Origin: Euprymna scolopes
Taxonomy: Eukaryota
Assembly (NCBI GenBank): GCA_053919585.1
Contig: CM132802.1
Length of the DNA stretch: 64,000 nt
Strand: one strand, 5' to 3'
Shown here: in pieces, positions 25,812-39,730 of the stretch
Numbering within the stretch: position 1 is the first letter of the stretch
Layout of the letters: each line of letters opens with the position of its first letter
Position numbers and translations under genes: made by a program
The notes under the pieces: model-generated
Told to the model about the DNA's origin: nothing
Database searches by the model: none
What the model saw: the letters and a program-made list of their open reading frames with translations, nothing else

Positions 25812-28800
25812 TTTTAGATAATGTCATTTGCATAAAGATCTTTGAAGGATTAAAAAGAGCTTAGATATTGGCTTAGATGTTAGTTTAGAGAAATTCAGTT
25901 TTATTTCAAAAGATGACTGCCACAATTATCTCAGGTAGAACACAAGTCCCTGCAATACCAGAATTAGTTCTTTTCATTATTGCCTTTTAGAAATGCCAAA
26001 GGAAATATGTATGATTGATATGGTGAAGATGTAATAATGTTACTGCACAATTTGTATGATATGGCGTGAAATGTTTGTACAAAACGAAACAGCTTTATAA
26101 ACCAGTGTGATATCGCATATCGCTTATCACATTTTTATAAAATATTTAAAATTCTACATAAAAACTGCAACTTCTTATATGATGGTCATCAGAAATTGTT
26201 GCCTTTCAAAATTGCTTGGAAATTAAATCAATTTGAATTTTTCTGATCACTAATTCATTTTAAAATAAACTTTAAAGTTAATAATTCTTAATGTACTACA
26301 CATTTCAAAATTTGTCAATATCTAAAATTCAATGTAAAAATTTGAAATTTTTGATATATCAAAAGTTGTTGCTCTTCCAAATTGTCTAGAAATGAAATTA
26401 ATTTCAAATTGATTTCAAAACAAAATTTAAAGATAATAATTTTTAATTTACTCCACATTTAAATATTTCTATACAGCTGTTTCTATGTTTAAATGTACAA
26501 CTGAAAAAAAAGAGAAAATGATAACTTCAATATGTATTGAATGGGAAGAATTGGTTTTGAGGATTGAAATATGACAGCTTCACCACATTGGGGACTCATT
26601 ACGAATATAAAATCTATTTAAGAATATTATATTAATTATCAATCATTTATTAATAATAAATTTTAACTGGTAACATATTTCCTTTCTTATGATAAATTTA
26701 TTTTATTAAAAAAAACTAGCAATTAAATTATATATGAAATACATTCATTCTAATCTGATGCATTATTGGTAATGAGTTCCTTATTATTTTCAACAGCCAT
26801 TTTTATTTGTTATAAATACGATTTTATAAAATAGTTATAGAAAATTATAACTTTTAATTTTTATCGACGTAATTGTGAAAACTTGTGCTGTATTAATTAT
26901 TTACAATATAAATCTAAACATTAATTTTTCAAAATTGCATCCAATGTTGCATTTGTGTCAAACGTGATATTCTAACTAAAATAAATTAGGATCAAAGTGT
27001 GATATCTGTTCTGCCTAGAGATCGTACAATAATATTCTGGTATCTCTAGTCACACTAGACGTTTATTAAATGGAAACTGGAAATAAACTCTTGCAACAAG
27101 ATATATTTTAAAACTACATTAACCATAGTACTTAGCTAAATATGCTTCCGTTTAAACAAAGTGATTTAGTGAGGTCTGTATTCACGACAGACGTCCATAC
27201 AATTGAAATATGTCAGAATTCCTACAAGGGTTTTGGAAAAAGATTCCCATAACCAAATGTATTTTAAAACTTCATTAATCAGAGTAGTTAGAAGGACACA
27301 ACTTTGGAATTTTTATGAGTCTCGCTAATATAATTCTGCTTTATAAAACTGAATATTTTATTCTTAATAGAATTTTATGATAGACAAAAGCATATTGGAA
27401 CCTTTGAAATTATAAATTAATATTTTTTTACTTTATCTGAGACAATAAAGATGGCTGCTGAATATAAACTTATATTTGTGGTGATTCTGCATGATTATCA
27501 GTGGATCAGTAATTATACCAGGAGCTCTGAAGTGGAAGACATTGTGGAAATAAACGTGCAGGTAAGATTGATGGCCCTTTTTTAGTTTAAGGTGGTAACT
27601 TATCATATCAAGTGAGATAACTTTTATATGACTTCTTTTTCGATTGTTTTTGTCAAAATTTGATTTTAAAAAGGGCATTATTTCAAATTGATATTTTTTA
27701 TAAAAACAACAAAGATTTTTAAAAAATTATTTTTAAATGAAGAAACCCTTTTTATTTGTTAGTTTAAGGAAAATAAGTTTTTCATTAGCAGAAACAAAGA
27801 AAAAAACAATATTAAAAATGCAATTTAATTAGCTATTGGAATTTAATGTTTTCGAATTCATAAATCATAAAAAATGTCAGACTTAAAATGTTTTTGTACT
27901 ATGAAGGAATATATTGTGGACCATACATTCATTCCAATCATATTTCTTAACATTTTTATTTGAATTTTAATCTTAAAAAACAAAATTTAATTCTTATCCA
28001 CTCAAACAAGATAGATTACCACTAAATGGGGGTACTTTGATAGTGGCTAGATTTATAGGAGGTAAACCTGGTGAAGGATTGGGCAGCAAGGTGTTTGCTC
28101 ACATTACATATAAATTTCTCCATTTTGGTATGGTTGAGGAAACAGGAAGAAAAAGAAGGAAAGAAGCTATTCTGACATCTAGAGATTTCTATAAAGAAGA
28201 GGTCTGAATTTACTGCTACTTAGGTAGATCAGAGATATTCACTTGAGGAGGGGAATACAATATTTTTAATTGTTTTTTAATATGAATTTTGTTTAAATCT
28301 TTGTTAAAAAAAAATCAAGTAAATTTCTCATAATTATTAATTAGAGGTAAGAAAAGTTTGTTGATATGACAAGTTGCCACCTAAAACTGCAAAAGAGTCA
28401 GATTGCTGAACATGGAATGCTTACAGAATGCAGGTAATTAAAAGTGACATACATCCCAAATAGCTTTGCAAATCTAGCAATGTAGTCAATCATCATGTTT
28501 TCATTTTTCATTTTACTTAATAGTTCATTCTTTATTTATTTTATTAATAAGAAGAGATCAAAAACTCTTTTTTGAGAAGAAAAGATAAAAAAATCATTTG
28601 AGAAACATTTCTTATACAAAATGGTTAAAAATATAATCTTGATCAATGTTTGTATAATATTTATTTTACTGTATCAGTATATTGCAATCGTGCCTAAATG
28701 CATAAATATTAATAAATAATGATACTGATAAAACAAGTCCTCATTAGATCACTGAAGTTAAATGGCATTGAACAATATAAGATGGATGACCATTTGTGAA

Positions 28801-28879
28801 TTCTAGGCACTATATATTGGAGAATAGTGAAACATCCCTGCAAAAAATAATACAGCCCTAAAGATACTTTTACTAAGTA

Positions 28880-29370
28880 TTTCAGTATAGCATGCTAATC
28901 CACATGTATTCACAAAATGGAAAATCACCCGCTAAGCAGAAGTTCTGTTCTCAATCACGTGGTGAATCTTTTGCAAGAGTATGCAATTTGAGCCACATTA
29001 CTAGAATGAGTTCAGAGTTTAGTGACGTGGGTGGCCACTGAGCTTTATACAAAGTTTAACAAACAATGGCTAGAGTTTCTCAACTTGTACTCGCTAGAGC
29101 CTAGGTGGTTGCATGATGATCGCATCCTTATCTTTAACATGTGTGGCAACTATAATGTGCTGTGTGACCTTATCTTTGCATTGACTCTGTGGAAAGGGAT
29201 TCAGGGAAACTCAAGTAGCTATACTTGAGACGATTTGGACTGAATCATTAGAAAGTTTCTTTTTTGATTTAGGTCGCTGAGTTGTGGAACAAACTCCCAA
29301 AAGCCAACAGCGTTTCAAACAGTTACAGGCATAGCTGAATGCATCATGGCTGTCTTTGGATAATTACACT
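28880..29370 (+). mobile_element. CR1-clade LINE ORF2 3' remnant
   Basis: LNLYSLEPRWLHDDRILIFNM (cf. LxLxSLExRRxRGDLI) and RVAELWNKLPK (cf. RVVxxWNxLP). Confidence 0.7.
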
Positions 29371-29544
29371 TCCATAACTCACTTTTACAAGGCTCTAAAT
29401 CTGTTCTAATCTTTAGCTGATATATTGACTTGAATTCTAATTCTGAGATATTATTGTACAAATTATAATGCAATATTTAAAACTTATTTGATTTATAAAT
29501 AGATTGATTATTTGCTAGAACTGATGAGAAGTAATATGCATGAT

Positions 29545-29765
29545 TTAGATCATTCTTGAATATTGGAATAGCAGATTAACACATTTATTATTACTATTAT
29601 TTGGATTATTCTTGAATATTGGAATAGCAGATTAACACATTTATTATTTGGATTATTCTTGAATATTGGAATAGCAGATTAACACATTTGCTATTAATAT
29701 TACTTGGATTATTCTTGAATACTAGAATAGCAAATTAACATATTTACTATTACTATTATTTGGAC
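29545..29765. repeat. ~50-58-bp tandem repeat, four copies
   Basis: attcttgaatattggaatagcagattaacacattt repeated. Confidence 0.85.
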
Positions 29766-30055
29766 TACTGTTCTCATCTTGGATGTTATTCTTTCATAGT
29801 TTCAGCTGATGTAACCTCTGACCATCTCCAGGATATCTTGTCAAACTCTGGAATCTTTATGTTAAACTTGGTAATATGTACTCATTTGTGAATCAAACCC
29901 TTTACTTAATTCATGAAGGTAAATTGTTCTTGTTCTGTCAGCCATGACCGTGTAGAGGTCTTAAGTAATTCTCAATTATATTCTTAGTATTGCCTATACT
30001 GAGGATTGAACCATCAATCTTCGGAAGACTATCACTTGACACAGATTATTAGTTT
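29750..30055 (-). mobile_element. Penelope-like terminal-repeat fragment
   Basis: Minus strand CCTGGAGATGGTCAGAGGTTACATCAGCTGAAAC; colinear with 14400-14700. Confidence 0.55.
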
Positions 30056-30504
30056 ACAAGGCTCTAAATCTGTTCTAATCTTTAGCTGATATATTGAATT
30101 GAATTCTAATTCTGAGATATTAATGTACAAATTATTATGCAATATTTAAAACTTATTTGATTTATAAATAAATTAGTTTATCAATTCTGCTACAGGTTTA
30201 TGTAGTTACATCGGCTAAAATGTGAAAATAACATACAAAGTGAAAATAGTAGTCTGAATAATCCAAATGCTACAAATTATAAACCCTTATCTAAAAAATT
30301 ACGAAGCATGATGAGAAATAAGTTTTATAAATTTGTAAATGACATTTTTTCATCTGTATTATATTCCTCTTAGTCTATTATGTTAGAAATAGAATCTTTG
30401 TCTGTCACGTTTAGATGAGAAATATAAGTTTTAGACGTATTCATCAAACACATAAACGGACTTTAATCTGATAATGATGATGCGTCCATGAGCTCAGATG
30501 ATTC

Positions 30505-31645
30505 TTTAAACTAATAGTGAGCTCAGTTTTAGACTAATAATGAGATCATTTAATTCTGTAGACTAATAATGAGCCCAGTTGATTCTCTAGATTAATAATG
30601 AACCCAGTTGATTCTCTAGATTAATAATGAACCCAGTTGATTCTCTAGATTAATAATGAGCTCTAGACTAATGATGAGCTTGGCTGATTCTCTAGTTCTG
30701 AGTTCATTTTATTCCCTAAACTAATAATGAGCTCATTTTATTCCATAGACTAATAATGAGCTTAGTTGATTCTTTAAACTACTAATGAGCTTAGCTAATT
30801 CTCTAGATTAATAATGAGCCCAGTTGATTCAATAGATTAATACTAAGCTCCTTTTATTCTCTAGCCTAATAGTGAGCTCAGTTAATTCTCTAGACTAATA
30901 ATCTCAGTTGATTCTCTAGATTGATAATTAGCTCAGTTGATTCTCTAGACTAAGAATGAGTTCTGTTGATTCTTTAGACTAATAGTGAGCTCAATTGATT
31001 CTCTAGATTGATAATGAGTTCTGCTGGTTCTCTAGACTAACAGTGAGCTCAGTTGATTCTTTAGACAAATAAGCTTAGTTGATTCTCTAGACTAATAGTG
31101 AACTCAGTGTGTTGTCTAGAGAAATAGTAAGCTCAGTTGATTCAATAAACTCATTGGGCTCACTTAGTTCCCTTGACTCCTCTGTTGATTCTCTAAAATA
31201 ATAATGAGCTCAGTTGATTCTGTAGACTAGAGTTCAGTTTATTCTGTAGACTTTTTTTGTCTAGACTAATAGACTAACTTATTTAATTATCTGGACTAAT
31301 AGTGTTCTCAGTCTATTCTCAAGATTAATAGTGAACTCAGTTGATTATCTAGACTAACAGTGAGCTCAGTTTGTTCTCTACACAAATAATAAGCTCTGTT
31401 TATTCTTTAGACAAATAGTAAGCTCTGTTTATTCTCTAGAGAAATAGTAAGCTCTGTTAATTCAATAGACTAATATTGAGCTAAGTTGATCCTCTAGAAT
31501 AATAACAAACTCAATTAATTCTCTAAACTAATATTGAGCTCAGTTGATTCTCAGACAAATATTGAGCTCAGCTAATTACTTAGACTAATATTAAGTACAG
31601 TTGATTATCTAGACAAATAGTGAGTTTCATTGATTCTCCAGAATA
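30505..31645. repeat. ~29-bp minisatellite (GAGCTCAGTTGATTCTCTAGACTAATAAT)n
   Basis: Contiguous degenerate units with no unique spacers. Confidence 0.95.
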
Positions 31646-32674
31646 AGAGTTGATACAGTCTATCAAACAAAATTTAGTTTATTAAATAAGTTTCTTGTGT
31701 TTTCATCTCAAATCTTCAGTTATCCATCAATTGATTCACAAAGGTTTTGTGCCATGATGCACTTTAATTCATTGCATTCAGAACTTCTATTCCTGAGAGG
31801 TCAGTGTTTTTCACCAGAAAATCCTTGATTGGGTATTTATTTGCTTCCCCACGAGAGCAAATTAGGCATGAGGCCGTTTTTTAATGTGGCAAGGAAGGGG
31901 AAAGGGAACCAGCTCCTGAGAGGTGGGAAATGAGAACTGATAGTGAGAGCTTCTCTTGGTATATAGGGTCGCCCCCACATGGAGCAGGAGCTCATTGCCA
32001 CAAAGACAATGGTCTCTGATTGCAGTATCTGCCAGAACTACACTTGGATCTTGGCCAAAAGGCCAAGCAGGCACGAATGCCAGGGAATTAATTGAGGCTG
32101 ATCAGCTTAATTGCAACACAATTGCTTTTATTGGCTTTAAAAGCATAGCTTATTTCATGTCTAATAAATATAAGTTTACTAACTACAATATACTTCATCT
32201 CGGATACTGTTAATATTGATTGATTGTGTGCAAAGCATTAAGAGTAAGTATTCTACTAAATCATTTCCTTTATTCTTAAATATGAAATTACTATCTTGAA
32301 CATTTTTACGGTTGATTCCACACAATTTAGAGTCCCTTAAAAATGGGTAATACATGCACAAATTATATTACATATTAATATAATGTTTTATTGCTACAAA
32401 CATCTTTTTGGCTACATATGTGCATACTTGTTTCAGCTATGACATTATTCAAAGTCTAGCTTAGGCCATTGACAGAGAATATTCTCTCTTGGTGATTTGA
32501 AGGAGCTGGATTTGGAATAAAGTTGTAGCTGAAACGTGTATGCACATAAGTAGGCAAAGATGTTTGTATAAATAAAAATTTGTACTAGTATACACCTCTA
32601 CTATATATTCAGCACTATCTTATAAACACCATAGCTTCATGGGATTAACACCTATGAACTAAAAACTCAACAAA

Positions 32675-32740
<66 letters not shown>

Positions 32741-33210
32741 AACATACTTGTTCCAGGATGTAGAAGAATTGGCGCTAGTTTGAATCAGAGATAACTAAAA
32801 ATTCAATTTTCACTAATTGTCTTCAAAAACTGCTTTCATTAATAATTAATTTTCGAGCTTATAGGTTTTCATGATTTTTGGATACTTTAATTCCAATGAC
32901 ATAATAATTAAGTAGTTATCCATTGGTTTTACTTGAAATTCAATATTTCGATTTTTATTAATGAAAACAGTTTTCGGACAATTAGCAAAAATTGAGTTTT
33001 TACTTATCTCTCCTGGATAAAACCTGTCATCCAAACTAGCACTGAAAAGTTAATTTCTTGAACAGAACGGTTTTCCATCAATTTTATGTCCACTTGTGAA
33101 AATTAGAATCAATAAATAATGATACTAAATCTTATCTCTAGAATACTTCTTCACATCATGATCAGAATGTAATACATCATTTTGGTTCTAGAAAATATTC
33201 AAACTATAAA

Positions 33211-33867
33211 GCAGCTGTGTTCTAAAATTCATAATTATCAGTTAATTAGTTTAAGAGTTAATTCTTTACATAAATACATGCTGACCTATGGCACAGTCAG
33301 CTGCTTTTCTGCACGCTAATGTAGAGGTGTCAGTATTGCTTCTTCAGTTCTTTGCTATGAGTTGACACCCTTTCCTGCCCCTCTTGTAGTTTCTATATAA
33401 ATAATTAATGGTGGCAGGCAGTGTGACTGCCAACCTTAGTCTCCCATTTGTTCAAGGAGATGTTGCACACACTAAAGTCCCTCCTGCAGGTGTCTTTAAA
33501 TCAGAGTGAAGGATAACCAAAGGCCATGCACTCTTGTCCTGTCCAACTATTTGTATAAGAGATTCTTCAGCAATCTTGCAACGCTTAATCGGCAGAAACG
33601 TCTATCCATTGTAGGCAGCACTGTTTCAGAAAAATTATATGCTGGAAATCTCCAGCACAAATTAGGGTAGACTACAACCTTGCTATTTAATTCCAATGAT
33701 GTGTCACGAACGCATGTAAGAATATACTAAACATAATATACAAAGGGAATAAAAATCACAGACATAGTTATTAAATGAAAGGCAATGTTAATCAAAAAAT
33801 CACAGACATAGTTATTCAATGAAAATGCTATGTTAATTGTTCATATACAATAAAAGTACACATGTTG
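33211..33867 (+). repeat. ~650-bp near-identical direct repeat, copy 1
   Basis: Matches 39113-39730 nearly base for base except a ~30-bp indel. Confidence 0.92.
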
Positions 33868-34949
33868 CCCGAATAAAGGAATATACAGCTTTAAGAAGAA
33901 ACTGATATTCAGGGAATCTTGCTTAATTAGTATCTAATCACTATAGATTAAATCCAATGCAAAACTGATATATTTACATTTTCAAATAGGAGTTTGTGCC
34001 CATATTATGCCTCCCAAAAACCCTATTAAACACATCAAAGAAACTAAAATTTGTGGAAAATTCATTAATTGATGTCTAATAACTATTGCTAAAATTTCAT
34101 AAAATAAGAGATATCTGAAATTTCTCAAAGTGCTTACACCCTTTTAACCGCTTTGCATGAAATGAAATTAAACTAAGTATAGCTCACATTAGGAATTCTT
34201 GCGCCTGGCAATTGAAGAAAGAATCCTGTTACTGAAACAATAGTAAACATTAAACAATACAAAATTTTTATGTTTAAGTGATGCTTAACCTTAATTAGTA
34301 GTAACTCAACAGCAAAAAAGAAATACTTGTCATAAAGCGTCCTCATTAATAATCAAATCTTGTTCATTCTATTCTCTCATAATATTATTCATCATTCAAC
34401 TGACAATCCATCCATCTCATGAATCCTTATCCTTGAATGGCTTTTAGCTTTGATAAGTGGTGACTCATCAATAAAAAAATGTCAGGAATCATTACTACTA
34501 CCACTACCACATCATCTGATCTGTTTACTTTACTTATTGAAAATATAGCAGTCATAAGATTAGACAAAATATTTTACCCTGCTTCCAATTAATCGTCCCA
34601 ACATTAATACATATATAATCATGGGTTCCTTTTAGTATTTTGCAAATTTGTCTGTAGTGAAATGAGCTTATACAAATTTTCAGCCTGCAATAAGAGAATT
34701 TAGTTAGTATTTCAAGGATTGAAACACCTTGGAGACTCTATATTTGTGTTAAGGTAGTACCGTTGTCATGAGGAATAAAAAGAAGAGAATGTTTCTGTAT
34801 TGCTAGCAGTGGGGGCTGTTTCTTGTAGCTGGTCTATATAAATTATATTTTTTGCTTGCATTGTATTAATGTTGAATATATGTATATTGGACTTTTTTAA
34901 TATACATATGATGGCCTCCGTTAAGTCTTGAGAAACAATGTATATGAAA

Positions 34950-35204
34950 GAGTGGGGGCTGAGCGTGTAATTGTGAAGCAAGTGTTGTGCAATCTCAGCT
35001 ACATCTATCCTAAATTAGCACTGCTTGAGTGCAATGGCAAGGAGGTGTACATAACATCTTGAAACAATGCCAAGATAAGTGGAGAGCAACAAACAGCACT
35101 TGGTATTCCCAAATGATCACTTATTTATTATTGATCAGGCTCAACATGGCTTAACTTTGGTGATCCAGTGGGAATATGTGTCAACATGATTATGCCATAT
35201 ATAC
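34950..35204 (-). mobile_element. 5S rRNA-derived SINE, diverged copy
   Basis: acagcacttggtattcccaaatgatcac...gcttaactttggtgatc is the reverse complement of a 5S-like head; the body is shared with 42085-42254. Confidence 0.8.
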
Positions 35205-36743
35205 AGGATATTTGAGCATTTACAGATCCACTCTCCTGATGTGTTCATACATTTTTTATTTAAAACCTCATTTTCTGTTGCTAGAACTAATGATAATATG
35301 ATAAATACTTATTTATTTCCAACCACCAGTGGAACTAAAATTTATAGATCATAATAGTAAATTTAGCAAAATACAAAAAATAGCTTGATAAAAATAACAC
35401 CGGTAAAAAATGACACGGGTGGATAAATAGAAAAAATGGCACAAGTGAAAAATATGGATCTAAACCTGACAATGAGTTTTATGAAATTTTGGATAAAATA
35501 CATAAAGGAAAAACTGTAACGAAATTATACTCACACTTAAAAGTAGAATCCCTCCCCTCTCTAAAAAAATGAAATTCTACTTAGGCAATTAGATGATTTT
35601 GGAATCAGAATCATTAATTGTTTCAAAATCGAGAATTTAGAATAGAATCAAAAAAATATTGGAATCATCACATTGCTAATATATAAATGTGTGTGTGTGT
35701 GTGTGGTTGTTATTATTGGCATGGCTGCCTGTTAAGGATAAACTTTTGCTAGATCTTTAAATATCCCAAATGATAAGAATAACATAAGAAAACACTAAGA
35801 AACAAGAGAAAGACTTAAAGCCGAGTTACTGACATCTTAAAACCAGTTTCCTTGGGTTAACAAAGCTTGTTAGTTTTGGATGGAGAAGGATCATTTTCAT
35901 TTTAAACCTGAGGTAGGTATTTGACAACCTATCTAGGAGCAGGTAACTCTGATATAAAACAAACATCTATATTGATTACCGGTCATCTTACCTTAGCATG
36001 TCCCCAGGTTATAATCATAGATGCTTAAAGAGTGGTACTTATATACAAGCATTTGTCATTATAACCACAATTATTACATAGACATACTAAAAGTACTTTC
36101 ACCATAGAGGGGTGACAAAGTATAATATATGACCTATGAGGACACAAAGCCACAATTCTGCACAGGCAATAAATTTATCCATTTACATCTTCTTTTGTTG
36201 ATAATCTTTAAAAAAAATGAATTACTTTGCGACCCTTTGTAATTTGAAAGGAATTTGGAAGCATTTATACTATCAGATAGTAGGTTATTTAAACTGGCTT
36301 AAAAAATTCTTAACAAATTACACACATATTAATTAAAATTTTGGAAGCTAATTAGCACAAACAATTTTTTAAAATTCTAGATTCCTCCAAATCCTAATTA
36401 CGAAATTTCAAATATATTACTACTCCTATCTCCCACTCAGAACCTGTTTTTTTTTTATTAAAGCAATCCCCTCAACACAAAAATAACTTTAAGAAAACGC
36501 TATTAAAAAAAGTGATATTACTTTATCTGTCTATATCTAATATAGTTGTGAGATTAGTTACACTAACAGCCATATTAAAACACTCTTTCAGATTCACAGA
36601 ACAGAAACCAATATCGTTCTGTTTCTCCTAGGTATATGTGAGCTACATGGTAAAGTCAACAAATTTGCAAAAGTTATTTCTGGGTGTTGCAATACTTAGT
36701 TTCCTCTATTTTTCTGGAAAACGTCAGGACACTGGTTCAGCTA

Positions 36744-36784
<41 letters not shown>

Positions 36785-36852
36785 TAGACTAAGGTTTGTG
36801 ATTCTTGGATATCACAATATTCCTGGGCAACGGCAGAACAAGGGTCATGCTA

Positions 36853-36914
<62 letters not shown>

Positions 36915-36919
<5 letters not shown>

Positions 36920-37114
36920 CAAAAGAAATCACCACTTATCAAGGCCTGGAGGTCACTTGAGGATACGGGTTAATGAGTGTACGGTAGTTAATGAGACAAT
37001 ATCATAGTAATCGTTAATAGAGGAAATTTGGTGTATTGGATTACTTAAGAAGTTGTTCACGTTGGACTTCAAGACCACATTGTAGTCAGTTAGAAAGTAG
37101 GGAAACAGAAGAGA

Positions 37115-37115
<1 letters not shown>
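36915..37115 (-). mobile_element. 5'-truncated LINE 3' end (CR1/L2/Jockey-group-like); family also at 41555-41670 (-), 45330-45410 (+), 52690-53000 (-)
   Basis: Shared tail aacccttatcc.t.agtgg...gggccttgataagtg followed by poly(A) or (TA)n; upstream FPxxxNxxVLKSNVN coding remnant. Confidence 0.6.
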
Positions 37116-37151
<36 letters not shown>

Positions 37152-37152
<1 letters not shown>

Positions 37153-38037
37153 TAGCATTTCAGCCCGACGTTGCCCGGGTGTTTGGAGGTGTGTGTTGAG
37201 CAACACAAAAAAAAAGTGGTAGTAGGAAGGCAGGCTCGAACCCATACCACGAAGGAGGAAAAGAATGGGAAAAAAACATGACGTCTTTGCTGTTATGACC
37301 ACCGCCAAACCGGAAGTGACGTAGGTTTAAATTAAGGCTAAACAATCGAAAAGAGGGGATGACTTTTGATGATATCGGTGAAAAAAGCAACCCCTACCTG
37401 TAGAAAAGTGCCCACTTGAGGGTGTAGAAATTAATGTTTTAGCCAATTTTTCAGTATTTGTCGTCTGAATGGTCGAACTTTAAAACGATACTAATCTTGT
37501 GAAAATCCGTCGCCTCTGTCGAAAGTTTTAGGCAGACATGCATACATACATACATTTATATATTGGTAGCTAAAATTTTCGACCCAAATCAATTAAAAAG
37601 CTTGCCCTATCTCTGAATACCCTTTATGTAAAATTTCAAATGTTTAGACCAGAAATTGTCTGTGTAATTTGATAGAGACCGCAGAGGTCAATTTTTTTTT
37701 TTTAACTTTGACCCCTATTATGACCCTTTAACATTTATTGTTTTGGGCTCTAATCAAGTTATTAAGTTAGATCCATGTCTAAGTAACCTATATCTAAAAT
37801 TTCAATTGTTTATACCCAAAATTGGCAGAGGAGTTTGGTAGAGTTCTCACAGGTCAAATCGTTGAACTTTGACCCCTTAACAGCCAAATTTCTGTCCGAA
37901 AACGGATTACAAAGATTTTCCCAAATCTCACTATCCTGTGTATCAAATTTCGAGTCTGTAGACTGCAAATTGATAGAGTTATTGTGTAGGGAAATGTACA
38001 CAGACAGACACACACAAACAGACAAACAGACACTTTC

Positions 38038-38045
<8 letters not shown>
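37152..38045 (-). mobile_element. Helitron family B copy, longer and probably composite
   Basis: 3' hairpin cccgggcaacgtcggg...gcta on the minus strand; 37681-38045 is the reverse complement of 20682-21030; (TA)n on both flanks. Confidence 0.75.
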
Positions 38046-38101
<56 letters not shown>

Positions 38102-38213
38102 GCAAATAGTTAATAAAACATGTTAAAAATACTTTGAAAAAGAGTTAAAAACATTTAATCTGAAAAGGAAACACTTTTTTCAATTTTTGGTAAATTTAAT
38201 TGTAATTTTTATT

Positions 38214-38254
<41 letters not shown>

Positions 38255-38689
38255 AGAAGTCAATGTAGTTTGCTTGAAGCATTGGTCAGTGTATATATAA
38301 AGTTAATTTAAGAAGGTAATGTAGCTGTGTAATGCATCTTCATTTGCTTCAGCCTACATTGTATTGCCTTCAATAAATTAACTCGATACATATACATTAT
38401 ATAAAGGTGATATATATTTCAGTTGGTTATATTATAATCAGCTGTTATACTGATAACCTTTTAACAATTTAGCTCAATAGATTTTTCAAATAATTTTCCA
38501 AAAATTATTACTTGTTAATTCAACATTTTCATGGGGTGCAGCATGTGCAACAAATAACGGAAGAAAATGTTTATAAAAACAAAATCTTTATATATCACAT
38601 GGAATTTAATGCTTATGAACGTTTCATCTCAGAAAAAATTGTCTTAAATAAAAATCATCAGTATCATACACCTGATAGAAACTATTATC

Positions 38690-39180
38690 AACATATTATG
38701 TTTAGAATCGTTATTCAAATTTTGATCAAATTACATCCATTACATAATTTTAATTCTAGAAAATGTTTAAAATTTTAGACTTAACCATAAGAGGTCTTAA
38801 TAAGAAATTTAAATTTGGGGAATCTTGCTTAATTTATGTCTATTAACTATGGATCAGATTTAATGTAAATTTGAATTATTGTAATTTTCAAATGGGAGGT
38901 TATAAAAATATTATTCCATCTAAAATCCCTTTTAAAATATTCCAAACAAGTTGAAATTTGGAGAATATTTAATAATTTATGTCTAATATCTATTGCCAAA
39001 AAATCCCAAAAATCAAAGACGTCTGAATTTTCATGAAGGACTTCCTCTTTGCTCTCTTCACATAAAACTAAATTTAACTAAATATATTTCACATTACCGA
39101 CTATTACACCTAGCAGCTGTGTTATTAAATTCATAATTATCAGTTAATTAGTTTAAGAGTTAATTTTTTACTTAAGAATA
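38690..39180 (-). mobile_element. Helitron-like family A copy
   Basis: Colinear with about 6090-6520. Confidence 0.65.
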
Positions 39181-39730
39181 TATACATGCTGACCTATGGC
39201 ACACTCAGTTGCTTTTCTGCACGCTAATGTAGAGGTGTCAGTATTGCTTCTTCAGTTCTTTGCTATGAGTTGACACCCTTTCCTGCCCCTCTTGTAGTTT
39301 CTATATGAATAATTAATGGTAGCAGGCAGTGTGATTGCCAACCTTCACAATAAAGTCCCTCCTGCAGGTGTCTTTAAATCAGAGTGAAGGATAACCAAAG
39401 GCCATGCACTCTTGTCCTGTCCAACTATTTGTATAAGAGATTCTTCAGCAATCTTGCAACGCTTAATCGGCAGAAACATCTATCCATTGTAGGCAGCACT
39501 ATTTCAGAAAAATTATATGCTGGAAATCTCCAGCACAAATTAGGGTAGACTACAACCTTGCTATTTAATTCCAATGATGTGTCACGAACGCATGTAAGAA
39601 TATACTAAACATAATATACAAAGGGAATAAAAATCACAGAGATAGTTATTAAATGAAAGGCAATGTTAATCAAAAAATCACAGACATAGTTATTCAATGA
39701 AAGGCAATGTCAATAAATGTACACATGTTG
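39113..39730 (+). repeat. ~620-bp direct repeat, copy 2
   Basis: See 33211-33867. Confidence 0.92.

Noticed and set aside
30505-31645. 29-bp partly palindromic repeat with CRISPR-like unit length
   Set aside because: Units are contiguous with no unique spacers, there are no cas genes, and the context is a eukaryotic intron.
33211-39730. LTR retrotransposon bounded by the direct repeats
   Set aside because: No TG...CA termini, PBS/PPT or gag-pol remnants recognised.
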